Shown here piece after piece: positions 1-9,351 of a stretch of 64,000 bases of DNA. This DNA is from Leptolyngbyaceae cyanobacterium (lineage in GTDB: Bacteria > Cyanobacteriota > Cyanobacteriia > Cyanobacteriales > Nostocaceae): assembly GCA_036704005.1 (NCBI GenBank), contig DATNQO010000120.1, positions 3,298-67,297 on the forward strand, written 5' to 3'. The notes beneath the pieces are model-generated. The model worked only from the letters and a program-made list of their open reading frames with translations, had not been told where the DNA came from and did not search any database. How positions within the stretch are numbered: position 1 is the stretch's first letter; every line of letters starts with the position of its first letter. The translations under genes and the position numbers were made by a program.

Positions 1-440
1 TTATTATCAATGACCGGGTGGACTTGGCTTTAGCTGTGGATGCTGATGGGGTACATCTGGGACAGCAAGATATGCCGATCGCCATTGCGAGACAATTATT
101 AGGGCCTCAGCGTTTAATTGGTCGTTCTACGACTAACGCAGGCGAAATGCAAAAAGCAGTAGCCGAAGGTGCAGATTATATAGGTGTGGGGCCTGTGTAT
201 GAAACGCCAACAAAAGCAGGCAAGGCAGCAGCTGGCTTAGAATATGTTAAGTATGCTGCTGAAAATAGTTCAGTACCCTGGTTTGCTATTGGGGGCATAG
301 ATGCTAACAATATCAATGATGTAATTGATGCTGGAGCAGAAAGAGTGGCGGTAGTGCGATCGCTCATGCAGGCTGAACAACCTACCCTAGTTACACAATA
401 CTTGCTTTCACAACTCAATCGGATTAAGCCAGAAAGTTAG
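1..440 (+). CDS. thiE: thiamine-phosphate synthase, C-terminal part (5' end outside window)
   Basis: Frame is open to base 1 (IINDRVDLALAVDADGVHLGQQDM ... GVGPVYETPTK ... FAIGGI), typical TMP-synthase motifs. thiS follows. Confidence 0.85.
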   Translation, partial: IINDRVDLALAVDADGVHLGQQDMPIAIARQLLGPQRLIGRSTTNAGEMQKAVAEGADYIGVGPVYETPTKAGKAAAGLEYVKYAAENSSVPWFAIGGIDANNINDVIDAGAERVAVVRSLMQAEQPTLVTQYLLSQLNRIKPES

Positions 441-558
441 GGACTGGGGACTGGGGATTGGGGGAAAGGGAAGGGGGGAAAGGGGAAAGGGGAAAGGGGA
501 AAGAAAGTAATGACAACTGATAACTGATAACTGATAACTGACAACTGACAACTGACCA
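441..558. repeat. composite STRR arrays (ACTGGGG units, GGGGAAA units, TGATAAC/TGACAAC units)
   Basis: Tandem 6-7 nt units read directly between thiE and thiS. Confidence 0.9.
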
Positions 559-771
559 ATGACTAATTCAATTTCCTTACAAGTAAATGGGGAAACACAA
601 AATTGTTTATCCCAAACTCCTTTACCCGTGCTACTTCAGCAGTTGGGTTTTAATCCTCGATTAGTGGCGGTAGAGTACAACGGGGAGATTTTACACCGCC
701 AATTTTGGGAACAGACTAAGGTACAATCAGGCGATCGCTTGGAAGTAGTGACAATTGTTGGTGGTGGTTAA
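559..771 (+). CDS. thiS: sulfur-carrier protein ThiS
   Basis: 70 aa ending in VGGG (C-terminal Gly-Gly), ubiquitin-like length, immediately downstream of thiE. Confidence 0.85.
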   Translation: MTNSISLQVNGETQNCLSQTPLPVLLQQLGFNPRLVAVEYNGEILHRQFWEQTKVQSGDRLEVVTIVGGG

Positions 772-800
772 TTTTGATTATCAAACTCCTCACCTAAGCG

Positions 801-852
801 CCTCTAACCTCTAACCTCTAACCTCTAACCTCTAACCTCTAACCTCTAACCC
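801..852. repeat. STRR array (CCTCTAA x7)
   Basis: Perfect heptamer tandem array. It overlaps the stop and the last codons (LEVRG) of the glycosyltransferase gene. Confidence 0.9.
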
Positions 853-2115
853 CTGCCCAATGTATAATGAACGGTGCAGGGTTTTGCGTTTGGCTAGTTC
901 TTTACCCTGACTACCAAGTTGTTCGCGCAATTGCTGATTTTGGCACAGTTGTTTGAAGGCTTGAAAAACTTCGTAACCAGACTTGGGATTTACTAGCAAG
1001 CCGTTTTCTTCGTGACGTACTACATCAATTAAGGAAGGGTGGCGCGAAGCTATGACAGGTTTACCAAAGTAACTGGCTTCTAAATAGACAATTCCGAACC
1101 CTTCTAAGCTGCTGGCTTTACTATTGGCTGAGGTAAGCATGGCGAATATATCGCAAGCTGCGTAATAACTTGCTAATTCCTGATTGTTTACATATCCGGC
1201 AAAATGAACGCGCTTATCTACGCGCAAGCGCTTTGCTAAAGATTTTAATTCAGATTCGCAAGGCCCTTGTCCACAGATGATGTAATGCACATCTACGCCA
1301 ATAGTTAAGAGTAGGGGTAGGTTTTCAATGACGAGATCAAAGCTTTTTTCTTTGACTAAACGTCCTACAGAAAGGATGACTACGGCGGTTTTAGGGATAT
1401 TATAGGCTTGACGCAGGCGATCGCCGATGCTGATCTGAACGCCATCGCCGTCGGTTAATTCATCTAAACTCTTACCATTGCTGGCTAAACCAAATTTTTC
1501 TGGTCTGACTACGGGATGGATGACGTGGGTGGGAGTTTGTAAGCGGAATGTACTTCTGAGATACTCTTGTGTTGCGGAACTGTTACAGACAATTCCTTCG
1601 GCGCGTTTGAGCGTTAATTTAAAAAGCGATCGCCATAAAGGATTGGATAAAATACCAGCAATATCTTTCCCGTGTAAGTAAATAAAGAAGCGTATAGGTA
1701 AGATATAGCTCAATAATAAGAGTGAGGGAAACTCATAGCCGTGTCCCCATTCAATATAACGGTAGTGATAACGAAAATACAGTTTGATTGCCAGAATAAA
1801 GGATGCAGCCAAATTAAACAGAGGTTGTAAACAACTTCCTAAAAAACCACCCAGCCAATATCTCACATCTGGCCAGCGATATACAGGAAACTGTTGTGCT
1901 TGGTCAAATACTTTATCCCCTCTACAACTAGCCGCCAAAACAATTACTTGTTCTGGATCTTGAAGACAGCGATTATAAAGATACTCCCCAATTACAGCTT
2001 CTTTAGGCAAGAAAAGACGGGATATTACTAAAATATCTGGGGAAGCAGTCGTGTCTTGGATTTTTGTTGCCAGTTGCGAGATATGTTCCATGTTAAGTTG
2101 AATACTGTTACTCAA
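832..2115 (-). CDS. glycosyltransferase, GT-B fold (family 1/4 type)
   Basis: 427-aa ORF. The C-terminal region EGFGIVYLEASYFGKPVIAS...ENGLLV is typical of group-1 glycosyltransferases. Confidence 0.75.
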   Translation of the reverse strand: MSNSIQLNMEHISQLATKIQDTTASPDILVISRLFLPKEAVIGEYLYNRCLQDPEQVIVLAASCRGDKVFDQAQQFPVYRWPDVRYWLGGFLGSCLQPLFNLAASFILAIKLYFRYHYRYIEWGHGYEFPSLLLLSYILPIRFFIYLHGKDIAGILSNPLWRSLFKLTLKRAEGIVCNSSATQEYLRSTFRLQTPTHVIHPVVRPEKFGLASNGKSLDELTDGDGVQISIGDRLRQAYNIPKTAVVILSVGRLVKEKSFDLVIENLPLLLTIGVDVHYIICGQGPCESELKSLAKRLRVDKRVHFAGYVNNQELASYYAACDIFAMLTSANSKASSLEGFGIVYLEASYFGKPVIASRHPSLIDVVRHEENGLLVNPKSGYEVFQAFKQLCQNQQLREQLGSQGKELAKRKTLHRSLYIGQGLEVRG

Positions 2116-2933
2116 TAAGTTCTAATAATTCAAACTGCAACTAAAGCGAAGTAAATAGTTTGAGCCTGCTAGTCTCATCAAAGCTAAAATTTAATGACTT
2201 TGTATACTACTTACTTGTAAGCGTAACTTTATTGTGACTGTTGATACCCCTCCTGGCGAAAGTAAAAACTTGACTAGTAAATTTACTGAAGAAAATACTG
2301 GTCTTGTATCTAAATTTTCTCCTTTTTTTGATTTTTAGCCAATATCTCAGCTAAGAAATCTCAGTATTTACTACTTTTCTTTATAAAAATTTACAAATTG
2401 CAATCAAATCAGGACTACAGCAGCGAGAGGCTAGAGTAAAGTACCTCATCCATAATGAAAAGTGCTGTAGTTCCTATGATTAATGAGTGGAAGATAGAAG
2501 TTAGCGATATAGCGTTTCTCAATCTATTGAGGTACTAAGTAGAAATCCTCCGCGTTCCTCTGCGCTTCCCTCTGCGCTCCTCTGCGTTTAAAAAGAATAA
2601 CTCTGTACCTCAGTTGCTAAGGAATTGCTATAACTCTATTTTAAGATAGGAAATATAAGAATTAATTTATTGATTCTATGAAGTATTTGTTAATTAAATA
2701 TTTCGTTGTAAGTTAGTTATTTAAGAAGGAAGGTAGCGGTAAATATCTTTAAATAAAAGGTAAATCAATAATTATATTGATGTTTTTGTATAGAAAACTG
2801 AAGCAATAAATACTAAAAACTTCCTTGTCAAAATAATATCTTAAGTACATGAAAATATCATGCCAAAATGCCCTATAGGGTAAAATAGTTGCATTTTGTG
2901 TAAGAAACAGGACTTACGCAACCGGCACATATA

Positions 2934-2999
2934 GTAGGGTGCGTCAGATGTGGAAAATCCCTTCATTTGTACGAAATTATTGGGTCTGACGCACCCTAC
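2934..2999. repeat. hairpin repeat with 15-bp perfect arms (GTAGGGTGCGTCAGA ... TCTGACGCACCCTAC)
   Basis: Arms at 2934-2948 and 2985-2999 are exact reverse complements. Related copies occur at 45414-45477 and 45772-45838. Confidence 0.85.
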
Positions 3000-3417
3000 A
3001 GTTAGTTTGATTATGACACTTGGTTAAGTCCTAAGAAAATAGATATAAGTAGGAAGACGCAAATAAACTACACCACAAAAGTTTGAGTCAAAAAGCTAAA
3101 AACCTCCTACCTCTGCTGAGTGAGCGTAGCCGCACCACTGCCTTAACCTCCCCGTAATTATTAATTCATCCCAAAGTTCGCTTGAAGGAGATAACTTTCG
3201 AGGTACGGTTATCTACTACAGAAATCCCTCCCTGGTTTGCTGCCTAGCCAGAACAAGACGCGGTAGATTGAATATGTAGCCAAAAAAGTACACCGAGCTA
3301 CTGCCAATCTTAAAACTTGCGCTCTTTGATACTGGCTGGCATCACATCAGCACTGCAATGCTTCCACTAAAAGATAAGAATTAAATAAGTAATACTGTTT
3401 TTCGAGCGAATGTGACT

Positions 3418-4398
3418 ATGCCTAAAAAACTACTACAAACTATCAAACCTCTGTTAAAAACTGTCTTTACCCTGGGACTAGTGTTGGTTTTGGCTTTGGG
3501 ACAAGCCGATGGCGCATTAGCAGCTCGCAGTGGTGGACGAATTGGTGGTGGTTCCTTTAGAGCGCCTTCTAGCCGCACTTATGCACCTCCTGGCGGTGGA
3601 TATGGTGGTGGATATGGTTATGCACCTTACCCTGGTGGTGGTGGCTTTGGTTTCCCCTTCTTGCTGCCTTTTTGGGGTATTGGGGGAGGATTTAGCGGTT
3701 TATTTGGTATTTTAATATTTTTTGCGATCGCTAACTTCCTACTCCAAGCTTTCCGTCGCGTCTCCAGTGGTGAAGTAGGTGAAGATGTTGGTTACAGCAG
3801 CAACCCCACAGTAACAGTGTCTCGCTTGCAAGTTGGCTTGTTAGCGCAAGCGCGAGATTTGCAACCAGAACTTAACCACATCGCTGAAACGGCTGATACC
3901 AATTCCCCCGAAGGACGCGCAGAAGTGCTGCAAGAAGCTAGCCTAGCTTTGCTACGTCACCCTGAATATTGGGTATATGCGGGTGCTGGTACACAACAAG
4001 CGAAATTGAATGCGGCGGAGTCTCAATTTAACCGTCTAGCATTAGCAGAACGCAGTAAATTCACCGAAGAAACCTTATCTAACGTCAACAACCAGCTAAA
4101 AGCAGGGCGTACCCAAGATGCTTTACCTGCGGCTGATGAAATAGATAACCCAACTCGCCTAATTACTGAAGGCCCTGGCGAATATATTATCGTTACCTTA
4201 TTGGCGGCGACATTGGGTAAGGTTGAACTCCCAGCTGTTAACAGCGCTGATGACTTGCGCCAAGCTTTACGGCAAATTGGTAGTCTTCCGGCTGAACAAC
4301 TTTTAGCAATTGAGGTGTTATGGACTCCTCAAGCTGAAGGCGATACTCTTACATCTGATGATTTGTTTGCTGAGTATCCTGATTTGAAGTTGGTTTAA
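3418..4398 (+). CDS. Gly-rich membrane protein, DUF1517-like
   Basis: Signal/TM segment, then GGRIGGGSFRAP..GGGYGGGYGYAPYPGGGGFGFPF, a second hydrophobic segment and a long conserved-looking C-terminal domain. ATG at 3418 preferred over GTG at 3412. Confidence 0.55.
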   Translation: MPKKLLQTIKPLLKTVFTLGLVLVLALGQADGALAARSGGRIGGGSFRAPSSRTYAPPGGGYGGGYGYAPYPGGGGFGFPFLLPFWGIGGGFSGLFGILIFFAIANFLLQAFRRVSSGEVGEDVGYSSNPTVTVSRLQVGLLAQARDLQPELNHIAETADTNSPEGRAEVLQEASLALLRHPEYWVYAGAGTQQAKLNAAESQFNRLALAERSKFTEETLSNVNNQLKAGRTQDALPAADEIDNPTRLITEGPGEYIIVTLLAATLGKVELPAVNSADDLRQALRQIGSLPAEQLLAIEVLWTPQAEGDTLTSDDLFAEYPDLKLV

Positions 4399-4522
4399 TC
4401 ACGATTTCTTCTCACTTTGATAGTCGTAGGGTGGGGAGTAGGGAGTGCTGAGTGAATTATCCCCCTCATCCCCTGCTTCCCCTACTCGCTTTTTTGGGAA
4501 CCATATCAATAGCGTGCATTGA

Positions 4523-5605
4523 ATGGTTCTCATGATTGAACAAATTGCGATCGCCTTTGAGCGTAAAGACTATCCCACAGCCGCTAAACTTGTAAAACAG
4601 CTGCTAAAAGAATCGCCGGAAAATCCTTGGGTGCAATTTTATCAAGGGAAATTGTATGAAGTAGCAAACAAGCGTCGAGATGCGGAAAAAATTTATCGAC
4701 AATTGTTAAAGAGTACAGCCAATAACAAAATTGTGTCACTAGCACGGCAGGGTTTGCAGCGCCTACGAGAAATTGAACAAGAAGAAAAACAAAGAGCGAT
4801 CGCTCAAGCAACAGCCGAACCCTGCGATACTGAACAAGGGGTACTCATCCTAGAACCTTTCAGCAGTGAACTCAGAGCCACAGTCGCCGCCAAATTTGCT
4901 CAAATCATGCAGCTAGACCTCTACAATGCTAGGTTAATGCTTCCTAGTCGTAGTTGGAAATTTTACCGCACTGGGCGCGTAGGTGAACTCAAATTTTACG
5001 GCACACAACTACAACAAGCAGGTATTCCATGCTTTTGGACAGCCATCAGCACCATTGAACAAATACAAGTTTTTCAAGTCAAATATTTTTCACAGTCTCA
5101 ACCACAAGCTACTGTTATTTGCTCTAATCATACAAATCAACTCGGTTCCCTGACATTTGATTGGTCAGAAGTTTCCGCGCGAGTGGTGGGACTTTTGCCT
5201 ATTTTTGAGGACGTTGTAGACGTTGGCGCTTGGCGTAAACTCGAACGTAAAACCCAAACCCAAGACTATATCCATTTCTGTGATTTACATCTACCCGGTA
5301 GACGTTGTATTTTAAGACTCTACGATCAAGGCTATGAATTTCAGCAAGGTGTAGAAGTTACCCCTGTATCTAGCCAAAATACCACCAGAATCAATTGGAA
5401 TAATTTAACAGACTGGATAAACTCACACTTAGCACAAGTAAGGGTTTGGTCAGACTTTACACACTTTGCTGAGTCGGTATTAGAACAAAAAGAAATGCTG
5501 AGAAACATTCAGTCACACATTCACCTGTATCGTAGGGAAAAGAGTAACTGGGACTCAGCATTTCATTTGTATAGTGGATTGATATTTATGAGGCTAGGGA
5601 CTTGA
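4523..5605 (+). CDS. hypothetical protein with TPR-like N-terminus
   Basis: 360-aa ORF. The N-terminal helical repeat region (AFERKDYPTAAKLVKQLLKESPENPWVQFYQGKLYE) is TPR-like; the rest is unrecognised. Confidence 0.55.
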   Translation: MVLMIEQIAIAFERKDYPTAAKLVKQLLKESPENPWVQFYQGKLYEVANKRRDAEKIYRQLLKSTANNKIVSLARQGLQRLREIEQEEKQRAIAQATAEPCDTEQGVLILEPFSSELRATVAAKFAQIMQLDLYNARLMLPSRSWKFYRTGRVGELKFYGTQLQQAGIPCFWTAISTIEQIQVFQVKYFSQSQPQATVICSNHTNQLGSLTFDWSEVSARVVGLLPIFEDVVDVGAWRKLERKTQTQDYIHFCDLHLPGRRCILRLYDQGYEFQQGVEVTPVSSQNTTRINWNNLTDWINSHLAQVRVWSDFTHFAESVLEQKEMLRNIQSHIHLYRREKSNWDSAFHLYSGLIFMRLGT

Positions 5606-5642
5606 GGCTAGGGACTGGAGACTGGGGACTGGGGACTGGGGA
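5593..5642. repeat. STRR array (GGGACTG-type units)
   Basis: Tandem heptamers overlapping the last codons and stop of the 4523-5605 ORF. Confidence 0.85.
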
Positions 5643-5678
5643 AGTGATAATTACTTATGACTCAGCACTCAGCAAAAT

Positions 5679-6128
5679 TTAGCCAGGAGTTTTGACTTGG
5701 CTAGCCATGTCTAAGTAAGAACTCATATTCGCACCTGGACGACGACGACCATTAGAACTAGAGGCTGAAGGCGTTAAGTATTTAGGTGCGAATGTAGTTT
5801 CACCTGGTGGTGTTGTATTAGCAACTGGCGCTTTTTCTGGTTCAGCTTGCTTAGGTGCAGCTTTGCCATTTTTACCATTTTTAGATGCTTCTACTTTGGC
5901 GGTCGCAGGCGCAGGCTTTTTCTCTGTTGCTGGTGGCGCTTCTGCTTTGGCGGCGGCTTTTGTACCGTTAGATGCTACTGGTGTAGCTTGTGGGGCTGGT
6001 GCTGGTGCTGTTTGTTCAGTGCTATCTTCTTTCAGCTCTAAGTAGTAGCCACTGCTTTTCTTACCACCGATTAATCCGGTAAGGAAACTGAGAATCCCAG
6101 CGATTAATTTTTTGATAAAACCGAACAT
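5679..6128 (-). CDS. hypothetical Ala/Pro/Lys-rich protein with hydrophobic N-terminal helix
   Basis: 149-aa ORF. MFGFIKKLIAGILSFLTGLIGG is followed by a low-complexity APAPAPQATP... region. The plus-strand ORFs 5847-6045 are shadows. Confidence 0.45.
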   Translation of the reverse strand: MFGFIKKLIAGILSFLTGLIGGKKSSGYYLELKEDSTEQTAPAPAPQATPVASNGTKAAAKAEAPPATEKKPAPATAKVEASKNGKNGKAAPKQAEPEKAPVANTTPPGETTFAPKYLTPSASSSNGRRRPGANMSSYLDMASQVKTPG

Positions 6129-6523
6129 GAGAATGGCTCCCGAAGTTTTATATCTGTAAATAGACCGTAATGTTAAAAACTACGTCGTAATACTACGTTT
6201 TTTGACTATCAGCTATTGAGTAACAAACCTTGGAGGTTTGTGCTTTATCAAGCTTAAGAATATAAGCTGAGGTTTTCAGCCTTTGTTGGCAAATACTTAC
6301 AAGCTGTAGATATCGAGAATTAATTATTCAATTTTACCGCTACACAGAGCAAGATTCTGAAAGGTTGCTTAATAAAAATTAACATAAATTTTGTTCATAG
6401 GTATACATTGACACAAGCAATGATTTTACCCTGAACCAGTGGGAAGACTGTCATAATCTTTTTGCTGAGGGTAATCAGACTCAGTTAAATTTTCAACAGA
6501 GGCAAACACAAGCAAATTTGTTA

Positions 6524-7189
6524 ATGAAAACTCAAAATCAGCCACGTAATCCCGTAGTATTAGTGCATGGCATTACTGATACGGAAGTTGTCTTTAATTC
6601 GATGGCAGTTTACTTAAGACAATTAGGTTGGACTGTATACACAATAAATTTAGTACCTAACAACGGTGAAGCCCCGCTTAATGTATTGGCGCAGCAGATA
6701 GTTGATTATGTAGCTGCAACTATTGAGCCAGGACAACCCTTTGATTTAGTGGGTTTCAGCATGGGGGGAATTGTCAGCCGTTACTACGTGCAGAGATTGG
6801 GAGGTATTGAGCGTGTACAGCGCTTTGTGACAATTTCCTCACCTCATAATGGCACGGTAGTAGCTTATGCTTCTAGGCTTCCAGGGTGCTTGCAGATGCG
6901 TCCCAATAGCCTATTTCTGCAAGATTTGAATCGTGATGTGCAAATGTTGGAGCAGTTAAATTTTACTTCTATTTGGACACCTTACGATTTGATGATTATC
7001 CCCAATCACAGTTCAAAAATGCCTATAGGCAAAGAACTAATTATTCCCGTAGCGCTGCATTCGTGGATGCTGTCAGATTATAGGAGTTTAACAGCCGTCG
7101 CCGCAGCTTTAGCAGAACCGATTAATGTCGGGGATTGGGGACTGGAGACTAGGGACTGGGGACTGGGGATGGAGGATTTTGTTATTTAA
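6524..7189 (+). CDS. alpha/beta-hydrolase, lipase/esterase-like
   Basis: VVLVHGITD oxyanion-type start and nucleophile elbow GFSMGG. ATG at 6524 preferred over TTG at 6518. The C-terminal tail is encoded by STRR units. Confidence 0.7.
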   Translation: MKTQNQPRNPVVLVHGITDTEVVFNSMAVYLRQLGWTVYTINLVPNNGEAPLNVLAQQIVDYVAATIEPGQPFDLVGFSMGGIVSRYYVQRLGGIERVQRFVTISSPHNGTVVAYASRLPGCLQMRPNSLFLQDLNRDVQMLEQLNFTSIWTPYDLMIIPNHSSKMPIGKELIIPVALHSWMLSDYRSLTAVAAALAEPINVGDWGLETRDWGLGMEDFVI

Positions 7190-7274
7190 GTTACATTTTA
7201 AATTTTGATAGTAGTTAGTTGAAATACAGTTTTTCACGAGTTTAGCTTATATCCTAATTTGGTCATTAGTCATT

Positions 7275-7354
7275 AGTCATTAGTAAGTAGAGACGCGATT
7301 AATCGCGTCTGTACAGTCATTAGTAAGTAGAGACGCGATTAATCGCGTCTGTAC
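7275..7354. repeat. perfect 40-bp tandem duplication, each unit holding a 20-bp palindrome
   Basis: Unit AGTCATTAGTAAGTAGAGACGCGATTAATCGCGTCTGTAC occurs at 7275-7314 and 7315-7354. Palindrome AGACGCGATTAATCGCGTCT is at 7291-7310 and 7331-7350. Confidence 0.9.
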
Positions 7355-7587
7355 AGTCATTAGTCCAGAGAAAGGTAAAAGGTGAAGGCTTTCCCCTTTC
7401 CCCCTTCCCCTGTCCCCTCTTGTAATTAAAAATTAGTTTGCGGTTTTGCCTGTTGACTGTTAGCTTTACCCGTAGAGGAAATATGAAATATGCAGTTTCT
7501 CAATGGGGATGAAGGAAAGTAACCACAGAAGTCTAAAATTAGTTATTCTTTTGATATCTTGACAAAACTACTTGTGGTTGTTGGCTG

Positions 7588-8385
7588 ATGCTGTCATTTC
7601 TTAGCGCTGCGAATCCTTGGTTGGTGGGAGTTGGACTAAATACCGTTCTATTAAGTTTAGTCTGGTTCGCTCCTAAAAAACTGCTGACTCCAGCCGGTGT
7701 GTTTCATGCCTGGTTATTGGGCATACTGATTTGGGGAACTTTAGGCTGGCAGGGATATGTAGTAGTTATGTTCTATTTTATTGTGGGTTCTGGTGTTACA
7801 CGCATCGGTATGGCACAAAAAGAGGCTCTTGGTATTGCGGAAAAGCGTTCGGGAGCAAGAGGCCCGGAAAATGTTTGGGGTTCTGCTCTAACTGCGGCGC
7901 TTTGTGCTATGGGTGTCGGTGTTCTCAATGCCAAAATTTTCCCACTCAATCCCCAGTCCCTAATCCCTAATCCCCAGTCCCTCCTGTTATTAGGTTACGT
8001 CGCCAGCTTTAGTACAAAACTTTCTGATACCTGTGCGAGTGAAGTGGGTAAGGCTTACGGTAAAAGCACTTTCTTGATTACTACATTGCAACCAGTACCT
8101 AAAGGTACGGAGGGTGCGGTGAGTTTAGAAGGGACTTTTGCTGGTGTGGTGGGTTCAGTGGCGATCGCTATTATCGGTTGGGGTGTCAATTTAATCAGCC
8201 CATTAGGTATTCTTTGGTGTGTGCTGGCTGCTTTGATTGCCACGAATTTGGAAAGTGTGATCGGCGCTACCCTGCAATCTAAATATACTTGGTTAACTAA
8301 CGAGATCGTTAATATTCTTAACACTTTAATTGGTGCGATCGCAGCTATATTTTTTGCATTTATTTGGGCATACTCTTTTAGTTAG
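7588..8385 (+). CDS. integral membrane protein, DUF92/TIGR00297-like
   Basis: 265-aa polytopic ORF. Motifs KRSGARGPENVWGS and GTEGAVSLEGT resemble the DUF92 family. Confidence 0.55.
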   Translation: MLSFLSAANPWLVGVGLNTVLLSLVWFAPKKLLTPAGVFHAWLLGILIWGTLGWQGYVVVMFYFIVGSGVTRIGMAQKEALGIAEKRSGARGPENVWGSALTAALCAMGVGVLNAKIFPLNPQSLIPNPQSLLLLGYVASFSTKLSDTCASEVGKAYGKSTFLITTLQPVPKGTEGAVSLEGTFAGVVGSVAIAIIGWGVNLISPLGILWCVLAALIATNLESVIGATLQSKYTWLTNEIVNILNTLIGAIAAIFFAFIWAYSFS

Positions 8386-8592
8386 GAGTAAAGGAGGATA
8401 ACTTTTGACTGTTGAGTGTTGACTAAATTCTCTCTTGGTTTGATAGCTGGAGTAGAAAAATATACCTATGGCAAGACAATTAAATCAAAATAGCAAATCC
8501 ATTGAAATTAAACGATTTTTATTTTTCAACTTGCCATTAATTATTTATAGTTTATAAAATCTTGTTTTTAGCCGTTTTTACCAGGTGTTCTT

Positions 8593-9351
8593 ATGGAAAC
8601 TCTGTCATTTTTGAGTATTGATGACCAACCCATTTCAATTGAACAAACCGTAAAATACCTGCAATCTTCCGGGAAGTTGAGTCAATTTATTAGTGATGTT
8701 CTGCGTCAGTACGTCATTGAGCAGGAGATTCAAGGGCGAGATGATGTTGATATCAATCCAACCCTCACCGAACAAACAGTGATTGATTTTCGCCTGAAAA
8801 ATCAACTAGCTGACCCCCAAGCTTTTCAGGAATGGTTAGCGAGAAATGGTACAGATTACCAAAGATTTCATGCCTCAATTACTTCTAGCTTTAAATTAGA
8901 AAAATTGAAAACTTTGGTGACACAAGCCAAGCTGCCAGAGTATTTTATTGAGCAGAAAATTTTTCTGGATAGAGTTGTATTATCCCGGATTGTAGTCGAT
9001 AGTCGAGAACTAGCAGAAGAATTACAACTGCAAATTGCAGAAGGAGGCAGTTTTGAACAATTAGCCAAAGAGTATTCTGTATTAGACGATCGCGTTGTGA
9101 ATGGCATGATGGGGCCAATTAGTCGTGGTACTATGCCAGACAAGTTGCGGGCGGCTATTGATGCAGTTAGTCCAGGTGAATTAGTCGGGCCTATAGAAAT
9201 TGATGGACGTTATGGTTTGTTTCGAGTGGAACAATTTCTGCCAGCGTCTTTAGATGATATTCAACTCAAGCAAGCATTACAAAACGAATTATTTGAAAAA
9301 TGGTTAGCAGAGAAAATTCAAAAGCTGACGGTGAAATTACAAGTGAGTTAA
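8593..9351 (+). CDS. PpiC/parvulin-type peptidyl-prolyl isomerase-like protein
   Basis: The C-terminal half (SRIVVDSRELAEELQLQIAEGGSFEQLAKEYS...GPI..G.........GELVGPIEIDGRYGLFRVEQ) matches the rotamase pattern. Confidence 0.65.
   Translation: METLSFLSIDDQPISIEQTVKYLQSSGKLSQFISDVLRQYVIEQEIQGRDDVDINPTLTEQTVIDFRLKNQLADPQAFQEWLARNGTDYQRFHASITSSFKLEKLKTLVTQAKLPEYFIEQKIFLDRVVLSRIVVDSRELAEELQLQIAEGGSFEQLAKEYSVLDDRVVNGMMGPISRGTMPDKLRAAIDAVSPGELVGPIEIDGRYGLFRVEQFLPASLDDIQLKQALQNELFEKWLAEKIQKLTVKLQVS

Noticed and set aside
3203-3216. GTA-N8-TAC (NtcA-type) site GTACGGTTATCTAC about 200 nt upstream of the DUF1517-like gene
   Set aside because: No convincing -10 box (TAN3T) lies about 22 nt downstream. 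This palindromic pattern is expected by chance roughly 15 times in 64 kb.
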